The position numbers and the translations under genes are program-made. From positions 180,001 to 212,000 of the forward strand of contig NZ_QLIR01000001.1 in assembly GCF_003428155.1 (NCBI RefSeq): DNA of 32,000 nucleotides, given 5' to 3'. Positions 1 through 9,179 of this stretch are shown here, piece by piece (position 1 is the stretch's first letter; each line of letters begins with the position of its first letter). The stretch comes from Fastidiosibacter lacustris. Its GTDB lineage: Bacteria; Pseudomonadota; Gammaproteobacteria; Francisellales; Francisellaceae. The notes under the pieces are model-generated. The model did no database searches and was not told where the DNA came from. It saw only the letters and a program-made list of their open reading frames with translations.

Positions 1-236
1 CACACAGCTTAAATCCAGTTGTGTTTATTGGTGAAAAAGGATTAACTGAAAATGTACTTATTGAAGTTGATCACGCGTTAGCCGCTCATGAACTTATCAA
101 AGTCAAAATTGCGGGGATCGAAAAAGAAACACGTCAAGCCACAACACAAGAAATTTGCATTAAAGTTAAATGTGAACTTGTACAAATGATTGGTAATATT
201 TCGGTTTTATATCGTAAGAAACCAAAAAAACAATAG
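1..236 (+). CDS. yhbY: RNA-binding ribosome-assembly protein YhbY (CRS1/YhbY domain), 5' end off-window
   Basis: The frame is open from nt 3 (HSLNPVVFIGEKGLTENVLIEVDHALAAHELIKVKIAG...) and matches the YhbY consensus GxxGLTxxVxxEIxxALxxHELIKVK. The GTG at 21 in the ORF track is therefore internal. Confidence 0.85.
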   Translation, partial: HSLNPVVFIGEKGLTENVLIEVDHALAAHELIKVKIAGIEKETRQATTQEICIKVKCELVQMIGNISVLYRKKPKKQ

Positions 237-248
237 GGTATAGCTAGA

Positions 249-1217
249 ATGAGTTTTTTTCCGGTCACAAGACCAAGAAGGTTACGTCGTACAGCAATGT
301 TAAGAGAACAGATTGCTGAGGTTAAACTTAATATTACTGATCTTATGTATCCTATTTTTGTTGTGCATGGACAAAGTATCAAACGTGAAATAAACGGTAT
401 GCCCAATCAATATCACTGGTCGATTGATCGGTTGCCTGAGCTTATTAAGGCCATAAAAGAAGCAGGGATCCTGTCAGTCATGTTGTTTGGTATCCCTAAA
501 ACAAAAGACAAGTATGCAACTGAAAACTATGATAGTAATGGGATTGTGCAACAAGCAATCCGTAATATTAAGATGTTACACCCAGAATTAATTGTTGCCA
601 CAGATGTATGCTTATGTGCCTATACTAACGATGGTCATTGTGGGATTGTACACAATGATGAGGTTGATAATGATCAAACGCTTGATATTTTACAAAAAAC
701 AGTCGTTTGTCATGCACAAGCAGGAGCAGATATTGTCGCACCTAGCGGGATGATGGATGGGATGATTCAAGCTATGCGTTATGCACTTGATCAAAACGAT
801 TTTAACCAAGTTGCGATTATGTCTTATGCAGTTAAATATGCTTCAGCATTTTATGGACCTTTTAGAAGTGCGTGTGACTGTGCACTAAAGGGGGATCGAA
901 AGAGTTATCAAATGGATTTTCGCAATAAAAAAGAAGCCTTAAAAGAAGCCAAAATGGATGAAGAAGAGGGGGCTGATTTTCTTATGGTTAAACCCGCGTT
1001 GAGTTACCTTGATATTATTCAAGATGTCTCATCATCAACAACACTTCCTATTGCAGCCTATCATGTTAGTGGCGAGTATGCGATGGTGAAAGCCGCCTTT
1101 GAAAAAGGCTGGCTAGACGAGAGGGCTGTAACCCTTGAAGCATTAACTGCAATCAAGCGGGCAGGAGCCAAGGTTATTTTAACCTATAGTGCATTAGATG
1201 TGAGTAAGTGGCTCTAA
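249..1217 (+). CDS. hemB: porphobilinogen synthase (delta-aminolevulinate dehydratase), Zn-type
   Basis: 322 aa. It has an RPRRLRR N-terminus, the Cys-rich metal site DVCLCAYTNDGHCG, and the Schiff-base lysine context FLMVKPAL. It is colinear with E. coli HemB. Confidence 0.97.
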   Translation: MSFFPVTRPRRLRRTAMLREQIAEVKLNITDLMYPIFVVHGQSIKREINGMPNQYHWSIDRLPELIKAIKEAGILSVMLFGIPKTKDKYATENYDSNGIVQQAIRNIKMLHPELIVATDVCLCAYTNDGHCGIVHNDEVDNDQTLDILQKTVVCHAQAGADIVAPSGMMDGMIQAMRYALDQNDFNQVAIMSYAVKYASAFYGPFRSACDCALKGDRKSYQMDFRNKKEALKEAKMDEEEGADFLMVKPALSYLDIIQDVSSSTTLPIAAYHVSGEYAMVKAAFEKGWLDERAVTLEALTAIKRAGAKVILTYSALDVSKWL

Positions 1218-1358
1218 CGTTTCGCTTTTAGCTTCATTCCGTATAATTAAACTTTATATTTTATTTTAATAAGTGTTTTACCTAATCGTTTACGAGTTGA
1301 TTGTCACAAAACAGGTATAACAACGTCTGAGAATGTTTGAAAATAGATGGTTTGAAGA

Positions 1359-1435
<77 letters not shown>

Positions 1436-1448
1436 TTAAACTTCGTGT

Positions 1449-1476
1449 ATTTTAACCAAACATTTTGGTTTTGCAA
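1449..1476 (-). promoter_or_regulatory. candidate sigma70 promoter for the tRNA gene
   Basis: The minus strand reads TTGCAA (1476-1471), a 16-nt spacer, then TAAAAT (1454-1449). The -10 element ends 13 nt upstream of the mature tRNA 5' end. Confidence 0.35.
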
Positions 1477-1491
1477 GTGCGTTTATGCAGT

Positions 1492-2310
1492 TTATTCAGG
1501 ATAAATCTCACCTGCTAGCCCCACAATAAGTGGATCAGGTTTGATCGCAATGTTAGGATCTTTATTTTTATAATCTAGCTTTGATAAAATAAAACGCATG
1601 GCATTGATTCTTGCTCGTCTTTTATCATCAGATTTAATTACGGTCCAAGGTGAAAATTCGGTATCTGTATGTAAAAACATATTTTCCTTAGCTTCTGTAT
1701 AATCATCCCATTTATCCAAACTTGCTTTATCAATAGGACTTAGCTTCCACTGTTTAAGTGGATGAACCGCGCGCGATTGAAAACGTATCTTTTGCTCCTT
1801 TTGACTAACTGAAAACCAAAGCTTAAAAAGGTGTATTCCACTTTGTATTAACATTTTTTCAAGTTCAGGCGCCTGCTTTAAAAATAATTCATATTGTTCA
1901 GGGGTACAAAATCCCATCACTCTTTCAACACCAGCACGGTTATACCATGAGCGATCAAACATCACAATTTCACCTGCAGTGGGTAAATGACGGATATAAC
2001 GCTGAAAATACCATTGTCCTTGTTCTCGTTCAGAAGGCTTTTCTAAGGCGACAACACTTGCCCCACGTGGATTTAGATGTTCCATCATGCGCTTAATTGT
2101 TCCTCCTTTACCCGCAGCATCACGCCCTTCAAAAATGATCAAAATCTTTTGACCTGTTGATTTAACCCATTGCTGCATTTTTAACAGTTCAATCTGTAAC
2201 TGTGTTTTTTGCTGCTCATAGACTTTACGCGGCATTCTTTCCTGATAAGGATAAATATTTTCCGTAAAAAACTTACGCCTATTTAGCAAGTCTAAGGGTG
2301 GTTTTGTCAT
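1492..2310 (-). CDS. ppk2: polyphosphate kinase 2 (single-domain PPK2)
   Basis: Walker A FEGRDAAGKGG and the motifs RYIRHLPxxGEIVxFDRSWYNRAGVERVMGF and WKLSPxD are typical PPK2. The ORF track extends to 2445, but those extra 45 aa are not PPK2-like. ATG 2310 (MTKPPLDLLN...) gives a typical ~272-aa protein. The start remains uncertain. Confidence 0.85.
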   Translation of the reverse strand: MTKPPLDLLNRRKFFTENIYPYQERMPRKVYEQQKTQLQIELLKMQQWVKSTGQKILIIFEGRDAAGKGGTIKRMMEHLNPRGASVVALEKPSEREQGQWYFQRYIRHLPTAGEIVMFDRSWYNRAGVERVMGFCTPEQYELFLKQAPELEKMLIQSGIHLFKLWFSVSQKEQKIRFQSRAVHPLKQWKLSPIDKASLDKWDDYTEAKENMFLHTDTEFSPWTVIKSDDKRRARINAMRFILSKLDYKNKDPNIAIKPDPLIVGLAGEIYPE

Positions 2311-2458
2311 CTTCAGCCACACTCGTATATTCCATTTTTTTATTGTAGCAATTTTTAATTTTTCGACAAATCGAAGCTTAGCAAAGCCCATATAAATTCT
2401 GCGAAAACTAAAGTTTGATTTAGAAAATTCGAGCATAGGGCACATTTTTTTGTTAAAA

Positions 2459-2483
2459 TCGCTTGATATTTTTAATCAAGCGA
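2459..2483 (+). promoter_or_regulatory. 9-bp perfect inverted repeat overlapping the hldD ribosome-binding region
   Basis: TCGCTTGAT-attttta-ATCAAGCGA. The right arm ends 7 nt before the hldD ATG and overlaps the purine-rich GAGAAAG. It could be a protein operator or an RBS-sequestering hairpin. Function is unknown. Confidence 0.3.
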
Positions 2484-2490
2484 GAAAGAA

Positions 2491-3477
2491 ATGATTGTTG
2501 TAACCGGTGGAGCAGGGTTTATTGGTGCCAATATTATCAAACAACTGAATATTTGTGGACGGGATGATATTTTAGTTGTTGACGACTTAAAAGATGGTCA
2601 TAAATTCACTAACCTTGTTGATTATGAAATTCGTGATTACTGTGATCAAGCTGAGTTTTTACAAGCCATTCAATCGGATTTATTGTATTTACCTTTTGGC
2701 TCTGGAGTAGGACAGCTTAAAGTGGAAAATATTGAGGCGATTATTCATCAAGGTGCTTGTTCTGTTACAACAGAGTGGGACGGTCAATATATGATGAACA
2801 ATAATTATCAATATAGTAAAACTTTACTGCATTTTTGCATACGCCATAAAATTCCATTTATTTATGCTTCAAGTGCAGCAACTTATGGTAATAACACCAC
2901 TTTCATCGAAGAGCGTCAATACGAGCGACCTGTTAATGTTTATGGTTATTCAAAGTTTTTATTTGATCAATATGTAAGAAAACAATTACCAAAAGTACAA
3001 AGTCAAATTGTTGGCTTGAAATATTTTAACGTTTATGGTCCACATGAAATGCACAAAGGCTCAATGGCTAGTGTTGCTTTTCATCACTATAAACAATTCA
3101 AACAACATAAAACAGTTAAGCTTTTTGGTGCGTACGATGGTTTTAAACCAGGTGAACAGTTGCGTGATTTTGTTTATGTTGAAGATGCTGCCAAAGTCAA
3201 TTTATGGTTTTTAGATCATCCTCAAATCTCTGGGATTTTTAACTGTGGGACGGGCAAAGCTGAGCCTTTTAATAACATTGCCAATAGCATTTTAGATTAC
3301 TATGGTGAAGGTGAGATTCAATATATTGAATTTCCTGAACATTTAAAAGGTCATTATCAAAGTTACACTGAAGCCAACTTAGATCAGCTACGCGAAATTG
3401 GTTGTGATGTTCATTTTAAAAATGTTAAAACTGGTGTTACTGAATATATGAATTGGTTAGAAAAACACAATATATGA
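2491..3477 (+). CDS. hldD: ADP-L-glycero-D-manno-heptose 6-epimerase
   Basis: [20 protein letters not shown] is a Rossmann N-terminus nearly identical to E. coli HldD. YGYSK is the SDR catalytic motif. 328 aa. Confidence 0.95.
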   Translation: MIVVTGGAGFIGANIIKQLNICGRDDILVVDDLKDGHKFTNLVDYEIRDYCDQAEFLQAIQSDLLYLPFGSGVGQLKVENIEAIIHQGACSVTTEWDGQYMMNNNYQYSKTLLHFCIRHKIPFIYASSAATYGNNTTFIEERQYERPVNVYGYSKFLFDQYVRKQLPKVQSQIVGLKYFNVYGPHEMHKGSMASVAFHHYKQFKQHKTVKLFGAYDGFKPGEQLRDFVYVEDAAKVNLWFLDHPQISGIFNCGTGKAEPFNNIANSILDYYGEGEIQYIEFPEHLKGHYQSYTEANLDQLREIGCDVHFKNVKTGVTEYMNWLEKHNI

Positions 3478-4751
3478 TTTATACGACTATAAGGTGCATT
3501 TATAATAGTCTTTTTATTTTAGGTCTCCCATTTATTGTCCTTAAAAAACTTATCAGAAGCCGCAATAATAAGGGCTATCGTCAACGTTTGTTAGAGCGTT
3601 TTGGCAACACTCCCTTTTCTTTAAAAAATAGCATTTGGATTCATTCTGTTTCAATGGGTGAGAGCATTGCAATTGCCCCCTTGGTTAAAAGGCTTGCGAT
3701 TGATTATCCAGTACGTGATTTCATCGTCACAACGATGACGCCAACAGGAAGTTCGCAGGTTATAAAACTATATGCAAATTTTACCAACATTCATCATTGT
3801 TATATTCCTTATGATATAGCATTTTTTTTAAAGCGCTTCATAAACAAAATTGATCCTAAGCTTTGTATTATTATGGAAACCGAAATATGGCCAAACTTAC
3901 TTGCTGTTTGTAAAAAAAGGCATATCCCAATTATTTTAATAAATGCACGTCTGTCAGAAAAATCTGCTCAAGGTTATGCTAAGCTTGGCTTTATCACCCG
4001 TAAAATGCTAAGCCAAATAGCTCATATCAGTACACAAACCCAAGATGATTATAAGCGGTTTATTAAACTGGGGGTTGCACGTGATAAAATAACCGTTGAT
4101 GGTAATTTAAAATATGACTTTACGATCGATGATGGGATCTTGAATCAAGCCAAAACATTTAGAGCTTCACTACAAAATAAGGTTGTTTGGATTGCTGCTA
4201 GCACTCACCAAGGGGAAGATGAGGTTGTTTTAAATGCTCATCAAAACATATTAAAATCCTATCCTAATGCGTTATTGATATTAATTCCACGCCACCCTGA
4301 GCGCTTTGATCAAGTTGCCAAGCTCATTGCTGGTCAAGGATTAAGGTATGTACGGAGAACAACACAAAATCAGAAACTTCAGAATATTAATGTCTATCTT
4401 GCTGATACAATGGGTGAGATGATGCTTTTTTATGCAGCAAGTGATATTAGTTTTGTCGGAGGGAGTTTTTCTGGTACAGGTGGACACAATATGCTTGAAC
4501 CTGCCGCACTTTCAAAACCTATATTATCTGGACCATCTGTATTTAACTTTATGGTGGTTGCACAACGGCTTATTGATAAAGGTGCTTTGAAAATTGTTTC
4601 TAATGCACATGACTTATCTTACGAGATAAAAATGCTTATTGAACAACCTCATCAAGCCGATGAAATGGGAATTGCTGCCTTTAAATGCTTTAAAGAGAAT
4701 CAAGGTGCACTGAACAAACAACTAACCCTAATTAAGCGTTATTTATGCTAG
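3474..4751 (+). CDS. waaA: 3-deoxy-D-manno-octulosonic acid (Kdo) transferase
   Basis: About 425 aa from ATG 3474, which overlaps the hldD TGA as ATGA. The TTG at 3453 in the ORF track is less likely. It has an N-terminal membrane anchor, WIHSVSxGE, and a GGSF...GGHNxLEPA C-terminal glycosyltransferase motif typical of WaaA/KdtA. Confidence 0.93.
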   Translation: MIYTTIRCIYNSLFILGLPFIVLKKLIRSRNNKGYRQRLLERFGNTPFSLKNSIWIHSVSMGESIAIAPLVKRLAIDYPVRDFIVTTMTPTGSSQVIKLYANFTNIHHCYIPYDIAFFLKRFINKIDPKLCIIMETEIWPNLLAVCKKRHIPIILINARLSEKSAQGYAKLGFITRKMLSQIAHISTQTQDDYKRFIKLGVARDKITVDGNLKYDFTIDDGILNQAKTFRASLQNKVVWIAASTHQGEDEVVLNAHQNILKSYPNALLILIPRHPERFDQVAKLIAGQGLRYVRRTTQNQKLQNINVYLADTMGEMMLFYAASDISFVGGSFSGTGGHNMLEPAALSKPILSGPSVFNFMVVAQRLIDKGALKIVSNAHDLSYEIKMLIEQPHQADEMGIAAFKCFKENQGALNKQLTLIKRYLC

Positions 4752-5629
4752 CTAAATTTGAATCTATTAGACAACAATTTGAAATGTTTGCTAGAGACTA
4801 CTTTTACCAGCAGAGGATACCGAGCGAGCGTTTACAATCTGCTATGGCTTATAGCTTTTTAGATGGCGGCAAGCGCATTCGTGCTATTTTATCTTATTTA
4901 AGTGCTGATTGTTTTGGTTGTCATACCGATAACAAACACTATATAGCCTTTGCCTTAGAAGCGATGCATGCCTACTCGCTTATCCACGACGATTTACCTG
5001 CTATGGATGATGATGCACTTCGCCGTGGCAAACCAACTTGTCATATCCAATATAATGAGGCAACGGCAATTTTAGCGGCTGATGCTTTGCAAAGTATCGC
5101 GTTTCAGGTTCTAAGTGAACTTAAAGAAATTAATATCGATCAGCTAAAAAATATTCTATTTGTTTTAGCGACACATACAGGAGCAAAAGGCATGGTTGCT
5201 GGTCAACAGTTGGATATTGATGCTGAGGGGAATACTCAAACAATTAAAACGTTGGAGACAATTCATAAACTCAAAACAGGGAAACTTCTAACAGCTTCTG
5301 TTGTGTTGCCATTTTTAGCATCAAGTTATTATTTAGATAAGCACATTGAGCAGCACCTTATTAAATTTAGCGAATGTATTGGTCTTGCGTTTCAAGTTAA
5401 AGACGATTTATTAGAAGCAACATCCGATACCAAAATTCTTGGTAAATCTAATATGAGTGATCTTAAACTCAACAAATCCACTTACCCGAGCTTACTTGGA
5501 ATAGAAAAAACAAAAATGCTTCTTTATACATTAATAAAAGAAGCGTATCTACATTTAGACAGACTCTCTCAATTTAATACCGAAAACTTAAAGCAATTGG
5601 CTGAATATATTATTAAGCGAGAGTATTAG
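4745..5629 (+). CDS. ispA: (2E,6E)-farnesyl diphosphate synthase
   Basis: The first Asp-rich motif AYSLIHDDLPAMDDDALRRGKPT is identical in type to E. coli IspA, with an aromatic residue at -5 consistent with a C15 product. The second motif is FQVKDDLLE. The ATG overlaps the waaA stop by 7 nt. Confidence 0.93.
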   Translation: MLAKFESIRQQFEMFARDYFYQQRIPSERLQSAMAYSFLDGGKRIRAILSYLSADCFGCHTDNKHYIAFALEAMHAYSLIHDDLPAMDDDALRRGKPTCHIQYNEATAILAADALQSIAFQVLSELKEINIDQLKNILFVLATHTGAKGMVAGQQLDIDAEGNTQTIKTLETIHKLKTGKLLTASVVLPFLASSYYLDKHIEQHLIKFSECIGLAFQVKDDLLEATSDTKILGKSNMSDLKLNKSTYPSLLGIEKTKMLLYTLIKEAYLHLDRLSQFNTENLKQLAEYIIKREY

Positions 5630-5727
5630 TTAATATCACACTCAAAGATATAGTGCTAATCAGTCTTAAAGCCAATACTTTTCTATGCTAAACTAACTTC
5701 AATATTACTAACTACAGTTAATGATTT

Positions 5728-5922
5728 ATGTCCGTCAAAAAAAATATCCTGATAGTTGAAGTAAAAAAAGGTCAACGTATTTGCTGTCCAACGCCTGAAC
5801 ATGCTTCATGGAATCAACATCCTCGCGTTTATATCGACTTAAAAGATCAAGATGAAGGCATTTGCCCATATTGCAGTACGCGCTTTGTTGTGATTAACAG
5901 CAAAAGTAGTACACATGCGTAA
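5728..5922 (+). CDS. small zinc-ribbon protein, zf-CHCC / NDUFS6-like family, function unknown
   Basis: 64 aa. ...RICCPTPEHASWNQHPRVYIDL...GICPYCSTRF matches the C..HPxVYIxL..CPYCGTRF zinc-finger signature. It overlaps the waaF start by 8 nt. Confidence 0.8.
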   Translation: MSVKKNILIVEVKKGQRICCPTPEHASWNQHPRVYIDLKDQDEGICPYCSTRFVVINSKSSTHA

Positions 5923-6946
5923 ATATTTAATTATTGCACCTAGCTGGGTGGGAGATATGGTGATGTCACAATCACTTTATCGCTATCTGAAAGTGCTTTA
6001 TCCTGATTGTGTGATTGATATTGCAGCACCCAAACATTGTTGTGAGTTAGCTTATTTTATGCCTCAAGTAAATGCGACATTTACACTTGAATTTAAACAT
6101 GGTGAGTTTGGACTTAAAGCACGTAAACAAAAAGCAAAAGAATTCTTAAACAAAGGCTATACCCACTCTATCGTTTTGCCTAATTCATGGAAATCTGCCC
6201 TTATTCCCTATTTTGCTAAAATTAAAACACGTATTGGGTGGCATGGAGAAGCCCGATTTTTCTTACTTAATGATAGAAGGCGCCTAGATAAAAACAAATA
6301 CCCACTCATGATTGAACGCTTTTGCGCGTTAGGTATTGCTAACAAAGAAAAATTAATAGCTAAACTCCCTTACCCTAAGTTCACTCTAGAACAATCACTT
6401 ATTACTCAAGCTCAACAAAAGTATCGTTTAGCATTCATCAAACCGACTATTGCACTGTGTCCAGGTGCTGAATTTGGTCCAGCAAAAAAATGGCCTACAG
6501 CTTATTACCTTGAACTTACGCAGTATTTACTCAACAAAAACTATCAAGTGCTGTTATTAGGTGGTATTAAAGATCAGGATACCTGTTCAGATATCAGTAA
6601 AAGTTGTAATCATCACGCTTATTTATTCAATTTAGCAGGAAAAACAAGTTTAACAGATGCGGTTTATTTATTAGCAGCGTGTGAGAAAGTTATAAGTAAC
6701 GATTCAGGTCTTATGCACATTGCCTGCGCACTAAATATCCCGACGCTTGTTATTTATGGCTCAACCTCGGATAAATTTACTCCGCCATTAAATCAACGTG
6801 CAAAAAGCATTTATCTTGATGATTTAAGCTGTCGTCCTTGTTTTAAACGCGAATGTCCGTTAGGCCATATGGATTGCTTGAATAAATTGACACCTCAAAA
6901 AGTTATTGCTGCACTTGAGACACTGCCACCAAGCTTGCCAGCATGA
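5915..6946 (+). CDS. waaF: ADP-heptose:LPS heptosyltransferase II
   Basis: MRKYLIIAPSWVGDMVMSQSLYRYLK closely matches the E. coli WaaF N-terminus. The family motifs NDSGLMHIA and RPCFKRECPxGH are present. 343 aa. Confidence 0.93.
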   Translation: MRKYLIIAPSWVGDMVMSQSLYRYLKVLYPDCVIDIAAPKHCCELAYFMPQVNATFTLEFKHGEFGLKARKQKAKEFLNKGYTHSIVLPNSWKSALIPYFAKIKTRIGWHGEARFFLLNDRRRLDKNKYPLMIERFCALGIANKEKLIAKLPYPKFTLEQSLITQAQQKYRLAFIKPTIALCPGAEFGPAKKWPTAYYLELTQYLLNKNYQVLLLGGIKDQDTCSDISKSCNHHAYLFNLAGKTSLTDAVYLLAACEKVISNDSGLMHIACALNIPTLVIYGSTSDKFTPPLNQRAKSIYLDDLSCRPCFKRECPLGHMDCLNKLTPQKVIAALETLPPSLPA

Positions 6947-7442
6947 GACTAGTATAATCAGGGTCAGTTGGAATTCCTTTTACATTTTCCATTGCTTTAC
7001 TAAACAACGTAATGCTCGTTGTCATCGAACAGCGTTTAAATGAAGATAGGGATTCTTTAATTGCAGGATAAAGTTGATCGTCAATTTTGGTGATTTCATT
7101 CCTTAATAGCTCTAAATCAAGATTGTGTTGCTGAAAATAATCGGGTGTTTTTATCCAGACATTTAGCCAATACTGTTCAATAAATTTCGACATATCCATT
7201 TGAATTTGGGTAAAAACCAACATAGGGTAGACTGGCAAACCTTGCTGATGGACCACATCTTTTACATGTTTGAGGACTTCTAACTCACGTTCTGATGCGT
7301 ATATACTAGACTTTTTAACATATTTATCTGCTGCGATACTTTGCATGATTTGTGCACGTTTTGCAATTAAATCAAATACCTTATGAAGCGTACTAATATC
7401 ACCATCTGAGGCAAATGTTGTACTCGTTGACACTGCTGTCAT
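6903..7442 (-). CDS. AroQ-gamma-like (secreted-type) chorismate mutase family protein lacking an obvious signal peptide
   Basis: 179 aa. It shows the pattern L..L...R......A..K......IY...RE.EVL..V........GL......F...QI....K.IE, followed by DL..LR.EI..ID..L, which is characteristic of periplasmic/secreted chorismate mutases. The N-terminus MTAVSTSTTFASDGD is not hydrophobic. The 3' end overlaps waaF by 44 nt (convergent). Confidence 0.6.
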   Translation of the reverse strand: MTAVSTSTTFASDGDISTLHKVFDLIAKRAQIMQSIAADKYVKKSSIYASERELEVLKHVKDVVHQQGLPVYPMLVFTQIQMDMSKFIEQYWLNVWIKTPDYFQQHNLDLELLRNEITKIDDQLYPAIKESLSSFKRCSMTTSITLFSKAMENVKGIPTDPDYTSLMLASLVAVSQVQQ

Positions 7443-7534
7443 AAGTAATACCTTTTTTATTATTTATAGCATAATTCATCCATTTTTTAGTTTTTTTAGT
7501 GTTACATATTATGAGCCGTAATGACATCTTATTA

Positions 7535-8566
7535 TCAAAACTTTTCTGAACCTATCCATGTCTTTGACCTTTGATGTGCAATTTCACGTACCAACTTAGG
7601 AACTAAAAAACCTGAAGTAATTGATTTTAATTGTGCATGGATCTCTTTGGCTTTATTTTCTTCTATATCAAAATGTATAGCACCTTTAACCTTATCCAAT
7701 AGATGCAAATAATATGGTATCACGCCAGCTTCAAAAAGCGCTTCTGAAAGTGCTTTTAGAGTTTCTGGATGATCATTTACACCTTTTAACAAGGTCGATT
7801 GATTTAATAACGTAAAACCAATCTGTTGTAATTTTTTAAGTCCAATAGTCACATCCTGTGCAATTTCATTAGGATGATTTGCATGAATGACCATGATTTT
7901 TTGTAAGCGCGTTTTATTGAATACTTTGACCAAACCTTCTGTTATACGATCAGGTAAAACAACAGGAATACGTGTATGAATGCGTAAGCGCTTGATATGA
8001 GAAATCTCCTCCAAATGCTGTATAAACCAATCTAAAGTTTCATCATTGTGCATAAGTGGATCGCCACCACTGAAGATAACTTCATCTAACTCAGAATGTG
8101 TTTTAAGATATTCAAATACATATTGCCAGCTTTCTTTGGCTTGTGTTTGTGCTTTGTAATCAAACTCTCGGCGAAAGCAATATCGACAGTGAATGGCACA
8201 AGCTGGATGTAGCATCAATAGTGCACGATTGTGATATTTATGTAAAAGACCTTTGATAGGATTAAATGCCATCTCATTTAAAGGATCCAAAACATAACCA
8301 TCAGCAGTTTGAAGTTCTTCACTGATTGGTAATACTTGTCTTAACAAAGGGTCATTGATATTCCCCTTTTCCATTTTTTGAGCAAAACTCAGTGGTACGC
8401 GCATCGGGAAATGCTTGATAGATACAACAGAATATTCATCTGGATTAAGCTGTAAAAATTGTGCAAGCTCAAGCCAATTAGAAAAACCTTGTTGTAAGGA
8501 TTTTTTCCAACTTCGTATTACATCAGTCTGTTGTGTGCTTTTGTTTTGGTGTATCATGATCAGCAT
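7535..8566 (-). CDS. epmB: EF-P beta-lysylation enzyme EpmB (lysine 2,3-aminomutase-like radical SAM)
   Basis: It has the radical-SAM CxxxCxxC motif (CAIHCRYCFRR), is about 340 aa, and is divergent from efp as in E. coli yjeK-efp. An alternative ATG lies at 8557. Confidence 0.92.
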   Translation of the reverse strand: MLIMIHQNKSTQQTDVIRSWKKSLQQGFSNWLELAQFLQLNPDEYSVVSIKHFPMRVPLSFAQKMEKGNINDPLLRQVLPISEELQTADGYVLDPLNEMAFNPIKGLLHKYHNRALLMLHPACAIHCRYCFRREFDYKAQTQAKESWQYVFEYLKTHSELDEVIFSGGDPLMHNDETLDWFIQHLEEISHIKRLRIHTRIPVVLPDRITEGLVKVFNKTRLQKIMVIHANHPNEIAQDVTIGLKKLQQIGFTLLNQSTLLKGVNDHPETLKALSEALFEAGVIPYYLHLLDKVKGAIHFDIEENKAKEIHAQLKSITSGFLVPKLVREIAHQRSKTWIGSEKF

Positions 8567-8607
8567 TTTGCAATTAAAGTAGCGTTAATATACTAAAGAG
8601 GATAAAG

Positions 8608-9177
8608 ATGGCAAGTTTTAGTACAAACGAATTTAAAAATGGTCTTAAACTTTTAATTGATGGCAACCCAATGGTTATTGTTGAAAATGAATTTGTGAAA
8701 CCTGGAAAAGGTCAAGCATTTAATCGCGTTAAACTCCGTAACTTGAAAAACGGTCGCGTGATTGAAAAAACATTTAAATCTGGTGAAAGTGTTGATGCTG
8801 CTGATGTACAAGAAGTTTCTGCAAGCTATTCTTATTTTGATGGGGAATTCTACGTTTTTATGCACGATGAAACGTTTGAGCAATACAATATCAGTGAGGT
8901 TGCCTTAGCCGACAGTAAGAAATGGATCAAGGAACAAGATCAATGTTCTATTACCCTTTTCAATGGTGAGCCAATCAGCGTTACACCACCCAACTTTGTG
9001 CAATTGAGGATCACTGAAACTGACCCTGCCTTAAAGGGGGATACAGCTGGTAGTGGAGGGAAACCTGCAACACTAGAAACAGGTGCTGTGGTTCGTGTTC
9101 CGTTATTTGTACAAATTGATGAAATCATTAAAGTTGATACACGTACAGGTGAATACGTTTCTCGTGCCAAGGAGTAA
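8608..9177 (+). CDS. efp: translation elongation factor P
   Basis: 189 aa. [17 protein letters not shown] contains the modifiable Lys in the PGKG loop. AGAGGA Shine-Dalgarno lies upstream. Confidence 0.97.
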   Translation: MASFSTNEFKNGLKLLIDGNPMVIVENEFVKPGKGQAFNRVKLRNLKNGRVIEKTFKSGESVDAADVQEVSASYSYFDGEFYVFMHDETFEQYNISEVALADSKKWIKEQDQCSITLFNGEPISVTPPNFVQLRITETDPALKGDTAGSGGKPATLETGAVVRVPLFVQIDEIIKVDTRTGEYVSRAKE

Positions 9178-9179
9178 TT

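Noticed and set aside
5402-5416. The second Asp-rich motif of IspA reads DDLLE instead of the usual DDxxD.
   Set aside because: This is a conservative Asp-to-Glu change that can still ligate Mg2+. The rest of the enzyme, including the first motif and chain-length residues, is canonical. It is not evidence of altered function without biochemical data.
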